Part shown: positions 1-7,715 of the stretch, piece after piece | Layout of the letters: each line of letters starts with the position of its first letter | Numbering within the stretch: position 1 is the stretch's first letter | DNA from: Synechococcus sp. | GTDB taxonomy: Bacteria; Cyanobacteriota; Cyanobacteriia; Thermostichales; PCC-7336 | Length of the DNA stretch: 12,367 nt | NCBI GenBank assembly: GCA_051439425.1 | Contig: JBFRWD010000002.1 | Span: 1 to 12,367 of the forward strand | Direction: 5' to 3' | Notes under the pieces: generated by a model | Database searches by the model: none | Seen by the model: the letters and a program-made list of their open reading frames with translations, nothing else | What the model was told of the DNA's origin: nothing | Position numbers and translations under genes: made by a program

Positions 1-770
1 CACCAGCGATGTCGCTCCTTCACGCTCACCCGCAGGTTGTTTGAACTCTTGTTCAAGTATCAACTGCTCACTCTTCCTGATATCAAAACCTATTCGGCAT
101 TCTCCTCAATCACTTAGGATTGCTATACATGAGAAAACCTCCACGAAGGAGCGCGCCAAATACCGAGGCGAACTGTCAAGAAGTTGCCAAAACAGTGGGC
201 GATCTCTCTTTATTTACGGTGCAAGAGACTGTTGCTAAATTTAGGAAGCCGAGGAAAACCAAGTAGGGAAAATTCCACAATCCGATTAATATTCGGTGCT
301 ACACAGTTGATTTTTTGAAGACTTTATACAGCCCTCAATTACTGATGAGACTATGTCCTGAAAACCTCAAAGGGTTTGCTTGACAAGTATTTGACGGATT
401 GAGTTGTCAAGATTTAGATAGAGAAACTGACAGATTGGGTCAGCTTACAGCGAGTCTCTGTTGCTGTATTAGGCTGTCTCGATATCGGTGAAGCAGTCAG
501 TTATAGGAGTGAGGTGGTGAAACATAAATGCTCTCCTTAAAGCTAAGGATGGGTGTTGGAATGATTACGTTCATCACGCTAGCAAGGGGATCGAAATTCT
601 GCAATATTTGTTCATACACTTCAGCAGCCAATCTGACTGCTATTTGAAGTAGGTATATGGTCTATTCGCTTTCTTCTGGGTAGCCACGATTGCAGGGGCT
701 GGGCCGGAAGGGTGGTTATGGGTGGAACTGAGTACAATGTGCGCAGGATTGGGGGCCAAGGAGCAAGGCC

Positions 771-1313
771 ATGAGTGTTGCCCTAGCGAAATGGTCGTTG
801 GATGACTATCACCAAATGGTTGACAGCGGACTATTGGATCGCCGCCGAGTGGAGTTGCTGGATGGGGAGATTCTCGAAATGTCTCCTGAAGGACCACTTC
901 ATTCCGATCTCGTTGATGTAGTAGCAGCGTACCTGCGGCAGTTGCTGGGGTCTTCAGTCTCCATTCGCGAAGGTAGACCGGTGACGCTGCCATCGAATAG
1001 CGAACCCGAACCCGATCTAGCGATTGTTAAACCCCAACGGTATAGAGAGGCTCATCCCGGCCCCGATGACATTTTCTGGTTAATTGAGGTGTCTCGCACA
1101 ACACTGAATTTCGATTTGACTCGCAAAGCAGAAAGTTATGTAAAGGCCGGAATTGCCGAGTATTGGGTAATTGATGAGATTCAGCATCAGCTGTGGGTGC
1201 ATCGTCAGCCAAATGAAGACAGCTATCAATCTGTTGTGGAAATGAAAGCAGGCACACTCACACCACTTTCTTTCTCAGAAATCTCTGTTTCCATGGAGCG
1301 ATTGCTCGGCTGA
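771..1313 (+). CDS. Uma2 family (DUF820) putative PD-(D/E)XK endonuclease
   Basis: Family motifs are present: N-terminal 'WSLDDYHQM..G', 'RVELLDGEILEMSPEGPLH', 'SEPEPDLAIV', 'WLIEVS', 'K...Y..AGIAEYWVID'. The family is highly expanded in cyanobacteria. ATG start, 180 aa. Confidence 0.93.
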   Translation: MSVALAKWSLDDYHQMVDSGLLDRRRVELLDGEILEMSPEGPLHSDLVDVVAAYLRQLLGSSVSIREGRPVTLPSNSEPEPDLAIVKPQRYREAHPGPDDIFWLIEVSRTTLNFDLTRKAESYVKAGIAEYWVIDEIQHQLWVHRQPNEDSYQSVVEMKAGTLTPLSFSEISVSMERLLG

Positions 1314-1374
1314 ATTAACCCATCGGTCCATGCTTTACAGGTGTGCAGCTTAGATGGCTGAGACGACATTTCCA

Positions 1375-3690
1375 TTATTGGAAACGCGAACCAATGTGCA
1401 CTCTGGATTTCCCTAGTACAACTTCAGTCACAACACCGATCGCACAACTCCCCCAATATCCAGCCTGATGCAACACATCCAAACAGTCGGAAACCCGATC
1501 GCTCTCCACCGCCGCCAACAACCCACCCGACGTCTGCGGGTCAAACAAGACTGGATATCTGGCCAAATGGCTAACGCGATCGACATTCGCTACATACCGA
1601 GCCGCCCACACATTCTGTGACTGCAGCGAACTGGCAAACCCCGCCTCAAACAGCGACAGCACCCCATCCAACAGCGGAATCGCCTCTAAATCTAGGCTTA
1701 CGGACACCCCCGACGCCCGCATCATCTCTACCAAATGCCCTAACAGGCCAAACCCAGTCACATCCGTACAGGCGCTCACCCCAAACTGCCGCAAAATCTT
1801 GGCCACCTGCTGATTGGACTGCAACATCGACTGCAACGCCCCATCAATCCAGCGACCCTCCGCCCTCAACCGCATGTGGGCCGCAAACAACACCCCTGTC
1901 CCCAGTGGCTTCGTCAAAATCAACCGCTGCCCCGGTTGTAACCCCGCCTTCGTCAGCAGGCGATCGGGATGCACCAACCCATTGCAAGACAACCCAAACC
2001 CAATCTCGGTCCCTTCCACCGAATGTCCCCCAATCAACTCCGCCCCTGCCTCCCGCAACACCTTGAGAGAACCCAACATCAACTGCGTCAGATTGCTCTC
2101 CATAATCCGCTCCGTCGCATACGGAACTGAAGCCAACGCCAGCACGCTATGAGGCTCGGCCCCCATTGCAAACAAATCGCTGAGGCAATGGTGAGTGGCA
2201 ATCTGCCCGACAAGATACGGTTCGTCAATAATCGCTTTGAAATAATCCAGCGTTTGCACCAACAGGCGATCGCTCGGCACCCGCAACACCGCCGCATCAT
2301 CCGGCGCATCCAACCCGACGACAATACTCGACTCTTTTTCAACCAGCTCCGAACTCTCTGTCCCAACAGCCCCTGCATCTTTCAAATTGCTCAGCACTCG
2401 CCCCAACACCGAGCTACCCACCTTCGAGCCGCATCCACCACATCGCATCGCCGCCTGCGACAGCTCCTGCAATGTCTCCGTATCTGCCAGCCCCTGGGGC
2501 AGTGTCGCAGAACTCATCGTGGACCGATCCATCTCGGGAAACTCCCGAAACTTATCCATAAACCGAAACTCAATCCACTCCTTCCACTTCCACATCCAAT
2601 GGGATTCACAAGCCCAATCCCACTTACAGGCCACTGCTGACTTGGACCCCGTGCCGATAATCCGCAAAAAGTCCTTTTGGGGTATGAATTCTTTTGGCGA
2701 CTGTCCCAAAACCATCCGTCGCAAATTCTCGTACAGCGGTTTACCCTGCCGAACAGCAAACACCCCCGCTTTCGGACGCGGATAGGCCGTCACCGAGGAA
2801 ATATCCCCCGCCGCAAACACATTGGCATGAGACTCCGACTGCAGGGTGGGCCGCAGCGCAATAAACCCGCGCTCATCCGTCGCCAACCCCGATTCTGCAA
2901 TCCAAGATTGAGCACTGGCTTGCGTCACCCAAAAGATGCGATCGCACTCCACATCCAACCCCGATTCGCAAATAATTCGATCCGGCTGCACCTGCACCAC
3001 CGGCTGTTCCAAATGCAGTCGAATTCCCTTCTCCTGCAAATTGTGGGTCAGCAACTGCCGCGCTTTGGCATTCAAATCTGGAACCAGCGTCCCCCCCCGC
3101 TGAAATAAATGAATCGTGAGGTTCGACGTGGGTTGTCCGGCTGCTTGCAAGATAGCGTGCAGCCGTTCCCGCATATTCAGCGATAGTTCCACGCCCCCGA
3201 CACCACCCCCCACAATCGCCAATGTCCAAGGACGATCGGGCTGCTGCTCGATCTCTTCAACCACCTGATGCCAACGAGTTAAAAAACCACGAATCGGCTT
3301 CGAAGGAATTGCATATTTCTCGGCCCCCGGTGCATTCGCTTTCGCAGGAGTACTGCCAATATTGATGGACAGAACATCGTAGTGAACGGGAGGGCGATTG
3401 GCGCATAACACCTCCTGCCGATCTAGATCGAGGCCGACCACACGATCGATCAACAGCCGAGTGTTGGCAAATTGGGCCAGCGGGCGCATATCGATATGGC
3501 AATCATCCACGCTGTAATACCCCGCCACATGCCCCGGCAACATTCCGGAGTAGGGAGTGTAGGTTGTCTCGGTAATCAGCGTCACCTGCACACCAGGAAT
3601 AGGCTTCATCCCCAGCAGCTTGAGGGCGATCGCGTGGCTATGTCCGGCCCCCACAAGCACGAGATTTTTGGCGATCGCGGGTGACTGCAT
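1375..3690 (-). CDS. selD: Selenide,water dikinase (selenophosphate synthetase) fused to an N-terminal FAD/NAD(P) pyridine nucleotide-disulphide oxidoreductase (NDH-2-like) domain
   Basis: The N-terminal half has a Rossmann motif 'LVLVGAGHSH', 'YSGMLPG', a second 'IVGGGVGGVE' and 'VFAAGD...PKAGVFAVRQG'. The C-terminal half has SelD motifs 'MRCGGCGSKVG', 'DDAAV', 'SDLFAMGA', 'GGHS', 'LILTKPLGTG', 'TDVTGFGLLGH' and 'DPQTSGGLL'. Start placed at ATG 3690; the ORF track extends to GTG 3702. Confidence 0.93.
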   Translation of the reverse strand: MQSPAIAKNLVLVGAGHSHAIALKLLGMKPIPGVQVTLITETTYTPYSGMLPGHVAGYYSVDDCHIDMRPLAQFANTRLLIDRVVGLDLDRQEVLCANRPPVHYDVLSINIGSTPAKANAPGAEKYAIPSKPIRGFLTRWHQVVEEIEQQPDRPWTLAIVGGGVGGVELSLNMRERLHAILQAAGQPTSNLTIHLFQRGGTLVPDLNAKARQLLTHNLQEKGIRLHLEQPVVQVQPDRIICESGLDVECDRIFWVTQASAQSWIAESGLATDERGFIALRPTLQSESHANVFAAGDISSVTAYPRPKAGVFAVRQGKPLYENLRRMVLGQSPKEFIPQKDFLRIIGTGSKSAVACKWDWACESHWMWKWKEWIEFRFMDKFREFPEMDRSTMSSATLPQGLADTETLQELSQAAMRCGGCGSKVGSSVLGRVLSNLKDAGAVGTESSELVEKESSIVVGLDAPDDAAVLRVPSDRLLVQTLDYFKAIIDEPYLVGQIATHHCLSDLFAMGAEPHSVLALASVPYATERIMESNLTQLMLGSLKVLREAGAELIGGHSVEGTEIGFGLSCNGLVHPDRLLTKAGLQPGQRLILTKPLGTGVLFAAHMRLRAEGRWIDGALQSMLQSNQQVAKILRQFGVSACTDVTGFGLLGHLVEMMRASGVSVSLDLEAIPLLDGVLSLFEAGFASSLQSQNVWAARYVANVDRVSHLARYPVLFDPQTSGGLLAAVESDRVSDCLDVLHQAGYWGSCAIGVVTEVVLGKSRVHIGSRFQ

Positions 3691-3780
3691 TTCAATTCTC
3701 ACAGTGGCTGAAAACGCACGATAACTCCCCGGATAGGCGGTCGGGAGTTAAGAAACCTAGCTTCTATCTTGACCTCCGAC

Positions 3781-3809
3781 AACAAGAGAAGCCCCCCACG
3801 CAGGAGGGC
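3781..3809 (-). terminator. Probable intrinsic terminator downstream of the YHS gene
   Basis: The minus strand reads GCCCTCC-TGCGT-GGGGGGC (7-bp stem, one G:U pair) followed by TTCTCTTGTT, about 110 nt after the YHS stop codon. The U-tract is imperfect. Confidence 0.55.
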
Positions 3810-3917
3810 ATTTGTCGCGATATCTAGTCGAGGTCAAGCTACGAAGACCCATTGGGTCAGGAACATGATGTCGCAAGACTGGAAACTTACGATCGGCCGA
3901 GAGTGGGGAATCACTGG

Positions 3918-4592
3918 CTAGATCGTTTGAGACACTTCGGGCCAGTTGGCATCAGCTTTGGCAATGTTGCCAGGAACGTCACGCTCCCAACGGTTTTGAA
4001 CGCTGCTGTCGAAATTGAGGTAGAGCTTGCCATCCACAATGCTCCAAGCATCGGGAACGGTAGGAGCAGAGTAACCCTGTGCAACAGCCCATGCACAGTG
4101 ACCGCCGTACTGAGGAGCGTACGCTTCAGGATTGCTGGCAAATAGATCGCGATTTTCTTCAGTGGAGAACTGCCAGGTGGCTCCACCCCATTCATAGGTC
4201 AATTCTGCAGAGCCAGGAACGGGAGCATTGTCGGTGAAGTAAGCCACCGGATCGGTACCGTCAATCGCGATTCCACCCTCGGAGTAGATAGCTAAGTCGG
4301 CAGAGGCTGCCGCGCAAGGATTCGCTGCACAGGGATTCGCCGCACAGGGGTTCGCCGCACAAGGATCGACTGCCGCGCAGGGGTTGGCGGCACATGGATT
4401 AGCTGCGCAGGGGTCTACAGGCGCGCAAGGATTCGCCGCACAAGGATCAGCACAGGGGTTCGCCGCACATGGAGCCGCTTGAGCAATACCGGGTTGTTGA
4501 GTGGCCTGTTGGTTGAAGCCGAACTGCGTGACCGCACCAACTGTGGTGAGTCCGGCAAGCGCGCCCATCAGCATCAGATAGCGTACTTTCAC
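3918..4592 (-). CDS. Exported YHS-domain protein (long 'YHS (seleno)protein' type, Cys form) with an N-terminal Cys-rich (N/D)PCAA repeat tract
   Basis: It has a signal-like N-terminus (MKVRYLMLMGALAGLTTVGAV) and a C-terminal domain 'AIDGTDPVAYF...G...EWGGATWQFSTEENRDLFASNPEAYAPQYGGHCAWAV...PDAWSIVDGKLYLN...W..D....IAKADANWP'. GTG 4592 is preferred as start because GAGGA lies 9 nt upstream; the track uses TTG 4598. Confidence 0.88.
   Translation of the reverse strand: MKVRYLMLMGALAGLTTVGAVTQFGFNQQATQQPGIAQAAPCAANPCADPCAANPCAPVDPCAANPCAANPCAAVDPCAANPCAANPCAANPCAAASADLAIYSEGGIAIDGTDPVAYFTDNAPVPGSAELTYEWGGATWQFSTEENRDLFASNPEAYAPQYGGHCAWAVAQGYSAPTVPDAWSIVDGKLYLNFDSSVQNRWERDVPGNIAKADANWPEVSQTI
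4308..4472 (-). repeat. Coding tandem repeat of about 15-bp units encoding PCAAN / DPCAA, with 11 Pro-Cys dipeptides
   Basis: Translation is PCAANPCADPCAANPCAPVDPCAANPCAANPCAAVDPCAANPCAANPCAANPCAA. Codons differ synonymously between units (TGT GCG GCG AAC CCC / TGC GCA GCT AAT CCA / TGT GCC GCC AAC CCC). Confidence 0.95.
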
Positions 4593-4875
4593 TGTCAAAA
4601 TTCCTCAGAAAAAACGGGTGGGACGAAAACTAGCGATCGAGCAAACATTGCTGTCACGACCTGATAGTGATCGGTTCAAGAAAAATTAGGCTTGACCCCA
4701 CATGAAAAATTTTTCAGCGTTTCTCAGCTCTATCTCAGATATGTAGCCCACAACGCCCGCGCCCTATCTACACACAGCAAGCTGGCCCTGAAATACCTAG
4801 CATGAGAGTTTTTTAAGGGAAAACTCGTGAGTACAGTCACAAACCCGGCAATATGCACTGAGATGAATATGCTAT

Positions 4876-4911
4876 TGCCACCTGTCGTCAGTCGACTGGC
4901 GACAGGTGGCA
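4876..4911. repeat. 36-bp near-perfect palindrome (hairpin)
   Basis: TGCCACCTGTCG-T-CAGTCGACTG-G-CGACAGGTGGCA equals its reverse complement except for one T/G pair. Confidence 0.9.
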
Positions 4912-5020
4912 CCTCTGATGCCACATAGCCCCCTAGCAAAATTGGGATCACAAGAACGAGAACCACACAGATCGAGACCTACACAGACGGGGCGAAAGAG
5001 TGAGCCAACTGATTATGTGG

Positions 5021-6538
5021 CTATGATGCTGCCGCCTCGATCGCCCCCTGACCGATCGCCATTGGCGTCTGAGAGACCGCAGTTAATGGGTCGAGTAGTT
5101 CGTGCAAGATGCTTCCAATCATTTGTACGGCCGGCTCGATCGATTCGGGCTTGATAGAGTAGCTGAGACGAAAAGCCGAGTACCCCTGTTGGTCGGCAAA
5201 AAAGAGATTACCGGGATAAATGATTGCCCCGCGCTCGAACGCTGCTTGATACACTGCCTCACCTGAGATGCAATCGGGTAGGTGAACCCAGAGAAATAAT
5301 CCCCCTTGCGGTACGGTCCACGTCACTTGGGGAGGAAACCAGCGCTCCATTGCCTGCACCATCAGATTGCGGCATTGCAGGTTGGAGCTGCGCAATTTCG
5401 ACAAGCGACGACGATAGTATCCCGACGCCAAGTACTCGCTCACAATCGTTTGCGACAGGGTGGCGCTATGCAAATCCCGTACAAGTTTATTCTCCACCAG
5501 CGCCTGATGGGTGTGCGACGGCGGAACGATGTAGCCCACCCTCAACCCGGGGGCGATCGCCTTGGTAAACGTACCGATATATGTGACGCAGTCATGCCGA
5601 TCCATTGCTTTGATCGACAGCGGCACATCCCCGTCAAAATGAAGTAATTCGTATGCATTATCCTCCACCAGCGGGCATTGATATTGCTGCGCCAACTCCA
5701 ACAGTCGCCGCTTGTGATCTGGCGATGTGGTAATGCCGGTGGGATTGTGCAGATTGCTGATTGTGTAAATCAGCTTGGGCTGATGGCTTTGTAGATATTG
5801 CTTTAGCAGTTCTAGATTCATACCGTCTGCTGCCATCGGAATGCCAATAATTTTGGCTCCCATATTCGAGAGGGCAGCCAGAGCACCGTGAAACGTGGGA
5901 TTTTCAACAATCGCCCAATCTCCGGGCTTGAGGTAGTGGTGAAACGCAATGGAAATCCCCTGCATCGAACCGCTGGTAACGATGATGTTGTCTGGAGATG
6001 AATTCAACCCAATGTGGGCCAGCATACGAGCGATCTGCTGCCTGAGTTCGTGGGTGCCTTGGGGATAGTTATAGAAAAATAGGTCATCGGTAACGCGGCT
6101 GGAGACGCGACGGGCAATCCGCTTCAGATCGTCTAACCCCTCTTGGCTGGGAATGCCACAACTCAGATCGATCGCCGTTTGAGTCTGACGGGCCGAAATT
6201 GAATCGGTACAGGCACGGTAGTAAGTACTCTTGACGTGAGCCATCACCGCTACCGTCTGGTCGGGGTTAAATTTGGATAATTGAATAGGGCTGTTGGCAA
6301 TGGGCGATTCGACAAAATAACCTGATCCTTGTCTAGCTTGGATGAGCCCGTCACCTTCCAAAACGCTATAGGCTTCAATCACCGTTAGCTTATTCACTTG
6401 AGAATTTTTCGCTAAAGCCCGGATAGACGGCAAGCGATCGCCCGGACGCAGGGTTCCAGATTGAATCAAACTGCGTAATCGTTCCCGAATTTGTAAGTAG
6501 ACAGGAATCTCGGACTGGCGATCGAGCAGAATTTTCAC
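5021..6538 (-). CDS. MocR/GabR-family transcriptional regulator (GntR wHTH + PLP-dependent class I aminotransferase-like domain)
   Basis: The GntR HTH reads 'PVYLQIRERLRSLIQSGTLRPGDRLPSIRALA...VNKLTVIEAYSVLEGDGLI..RQGSGYFV'. The AAT domain has 'IIVTSGSMQG', 'VENPTF', 'HNPTG', 'EDNAY' and the PLP-lysine motif 'GTFTKAIAPGLRVGY'. GTG 6538 follows an AGGAG RBS; the track start is 6565. Confidence 0.93.
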   Translation of the reverse strand: MKILLDRQSEIPVYLQIRERLRSLIQSGTLRPGDRLPSIRALAKNSQVNKLTVIEAYSVLEGDGLIQARQGSGYFVESPIANSPIQLSKFNPDQTVAVMAHVKSTYYRACTDSISARQTQTAIDLSCGIPSQEGLDDLKRIARRVSSRVTDDLFFYNYPQGTHELRQQIARMLAHIGLNSSPDNIIVTSGSMQGISIAFHHYLKPGDWAIVENPTFHGALAALSNMGAKIIGIPMAADGMNLELLKQYLQSHQPKLIYTISNLHNPTGITTSPDHKRRLLELAQQYQCPLVEDNAYELLHFDGDVPLSIKAMDRHDCVTYIGTFTKAIAPGLRVGYIVPPSHTHQALVENKLVRDLHSATLSQTIVSEYLASGYYRRRLSKLRSSNLQCRNLMVQAMERWFPPQVTWTVPQGGLFLWVHLPDCISGEAVYQAAFERGAIIYPGNLFFADQQGYSAFRLSYSIKPESIEPAVQMIGSILHELLDPLTAVSQTPMAIGQGAIEAAAS

Positions 6539-6690
6539 AGTAGACTCCTGCCTTAATTGGTACAAAATTTAGGTCTTATATGTACTTCAGGTCTTATCTG
6601 GATTCAGTCTTATGCGGGTTCAGTTTTGATGGGATGGCACCCGACAGTCTTTACCTTGCTTGGACTATAGATCGAGCACCGTTTGGTGAC

Positions 6691-6747
6691 CTAGTACAGT
6701 TTGGCGACTTCTTGCTAGTACACTCTTCAGACAGACAACTGTACTAG
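6691..6747. promoter_or_regulatory. Putative MocR operator: two direct boxes plus one inverted box
   Basis: CTAGTACAGTT (6691-6701), CTAGTACACT (6715-6724) and the inverted AACTGTACTAG (6737-6747) lie in the divergent intergenic region. A direct-plus-inverted box layout is typical of MocR-family (GabR/PdxR) operators. Confidence 0.65.
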
Positions 6748-6890
6748 TTAAACTCCAGTCAGGTGTACCTTCTGCAATCCATTCCGATCGGACAGAGTGT
6801 GGATACAGCACCTGCCACACAACTATTCTCAATATCTCAACAGATATCTGGATCTGGCACGCGCTGATGCTGTTGTATCGGAGAGTCACG

Positions 6891-7124
6891 ATGTACTACA
6901 TCAATGCAGCCCCCACCTTCGCAGCTATTTCCCGACAAGTTCAGCGTTGGAGCTACCTATTGTATGGATCGCTTCGGGGAGGAGATGAACCCATCATTTG
7001 GTATCTCAAAGATCGCTATGGTGTCCCCTATTGGTTGATTTTCGATCCACAGGGCGATCGCCCCATCGAAGCACAAACAGAAGCCGATGTTCGACAATAT
7101 CTAGCCCGTCGCTATATGCCTTAA
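6891..7124 (+). CDS. Small conserved cyanobacterial hypothetical protein (77 aa)
   Basis: A GGAG RBS precedes ATG 6891. The pattern 'EP.IW...DR.G...W..FDP.......TE.DVR.YL.RRY' resembles a small cyanobacterial protein family that I recall but have not searched. It is divergent from the MocR gene. Confidence 0.7.
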   Translation: MYYINAAPTFAAISRQVQRWSYLLYGSLRGGDEPIIWYLKDRYGVPYWLIFDPQGDRPIEAQTEADVRQYLARRYMP

Positions 7125-7715
7125 GCTGGATACTTTTCAATTTGAATCACTTTCACTATCCTCAATTCCAGACACCTCTCACTCCGGTATTACAGGATAT
7201 TATTTGCTCGCACCAGCCGGGTTGGGAGTGCTTAGCTCAGCAGTGAAAATCGCTGAATTTGTATTCTATCGATGAATATATTTGTTGCTCTTCATTGCAC
7301 AATGGTCGCCTCCTAAATTACCAGAAACACAGTAATTGACGCTCTAGATTTGACTGGAGTAACGACCTTAAACCCTTGTCAGCCAACCAGACCCCAACCT
7401 TGCCTTAGGGGATGGGATGGTTCACCTGATTTGAACACCGTGTAGAGATGCTTCAAAGCCTTGATTTGAAAAATGCTCGGAAAACCCTCCATAACGGATT
7501 GCCGATTGCTATGGGTGCGTGTTTAGCCAAGAATTTAGGTTGTCAGCACCGCTCTGCTGCCTCTAGCCGCATCCATAAATGCAATAATTTATACTTCTCA
7601 TTCGGTAGAGTGTCCATATAACATCTACATCCGCAGTAAGTCAGTCACCAACATTAAGACTAGACACCATGACTAGCTCGGATGGGGTATGTAGCAGTTT
7701 GCATATGGAACGTTC

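Noticed and set aside
1..238. ORF 41..238 (+) and a possible minus-strand gene start (TTG 63, LILEQEFKQPAGEREGATSLV)
   Set aside because: Neither has recognisable homology. The minus-strand frame is too short to call without the adjacent sequence.
771..1313. Uma2 gene as part of a defence or mobile island
   Set aside because: It is a solitary member of a family very abundant in cyanobacteria. No methylase, integrase, transposase or toxin partner is nearby.
1617..3684. Many long plus-strand ORFs antisense to selD
   Set aside because: They are shadow ORFs. The selD coding strand is G/T-rich, which makes the opposite strand C/A-rich and stop-poor. The products are low-complexity P/T/Q/R sequences with no motifs.
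4308..4472. Repeat tract as a CRISPR array
   Set aside because: The units are about 15 bp, in frame, have no unique spacers, and vary mainly at synonymous positions. It is a protein repeat.
1375..4598. Selenocysteine (UGA) recoding in selD or the YHS gene
   Set aside because: Both ORFs are uninterrupted and the candidate positions are Cys codons (YHS TGT at 4095-4097; SelD CGGC). No in-frame TGA needs read-through.
4730..4966. 78-aa minus-strand ORF between MocR and YHS
   Set aside because: It has no clear RBS or family resemblance and runs through the 36-bp palindrome. It cannot be supported, although Ribo-seq could rescue it.
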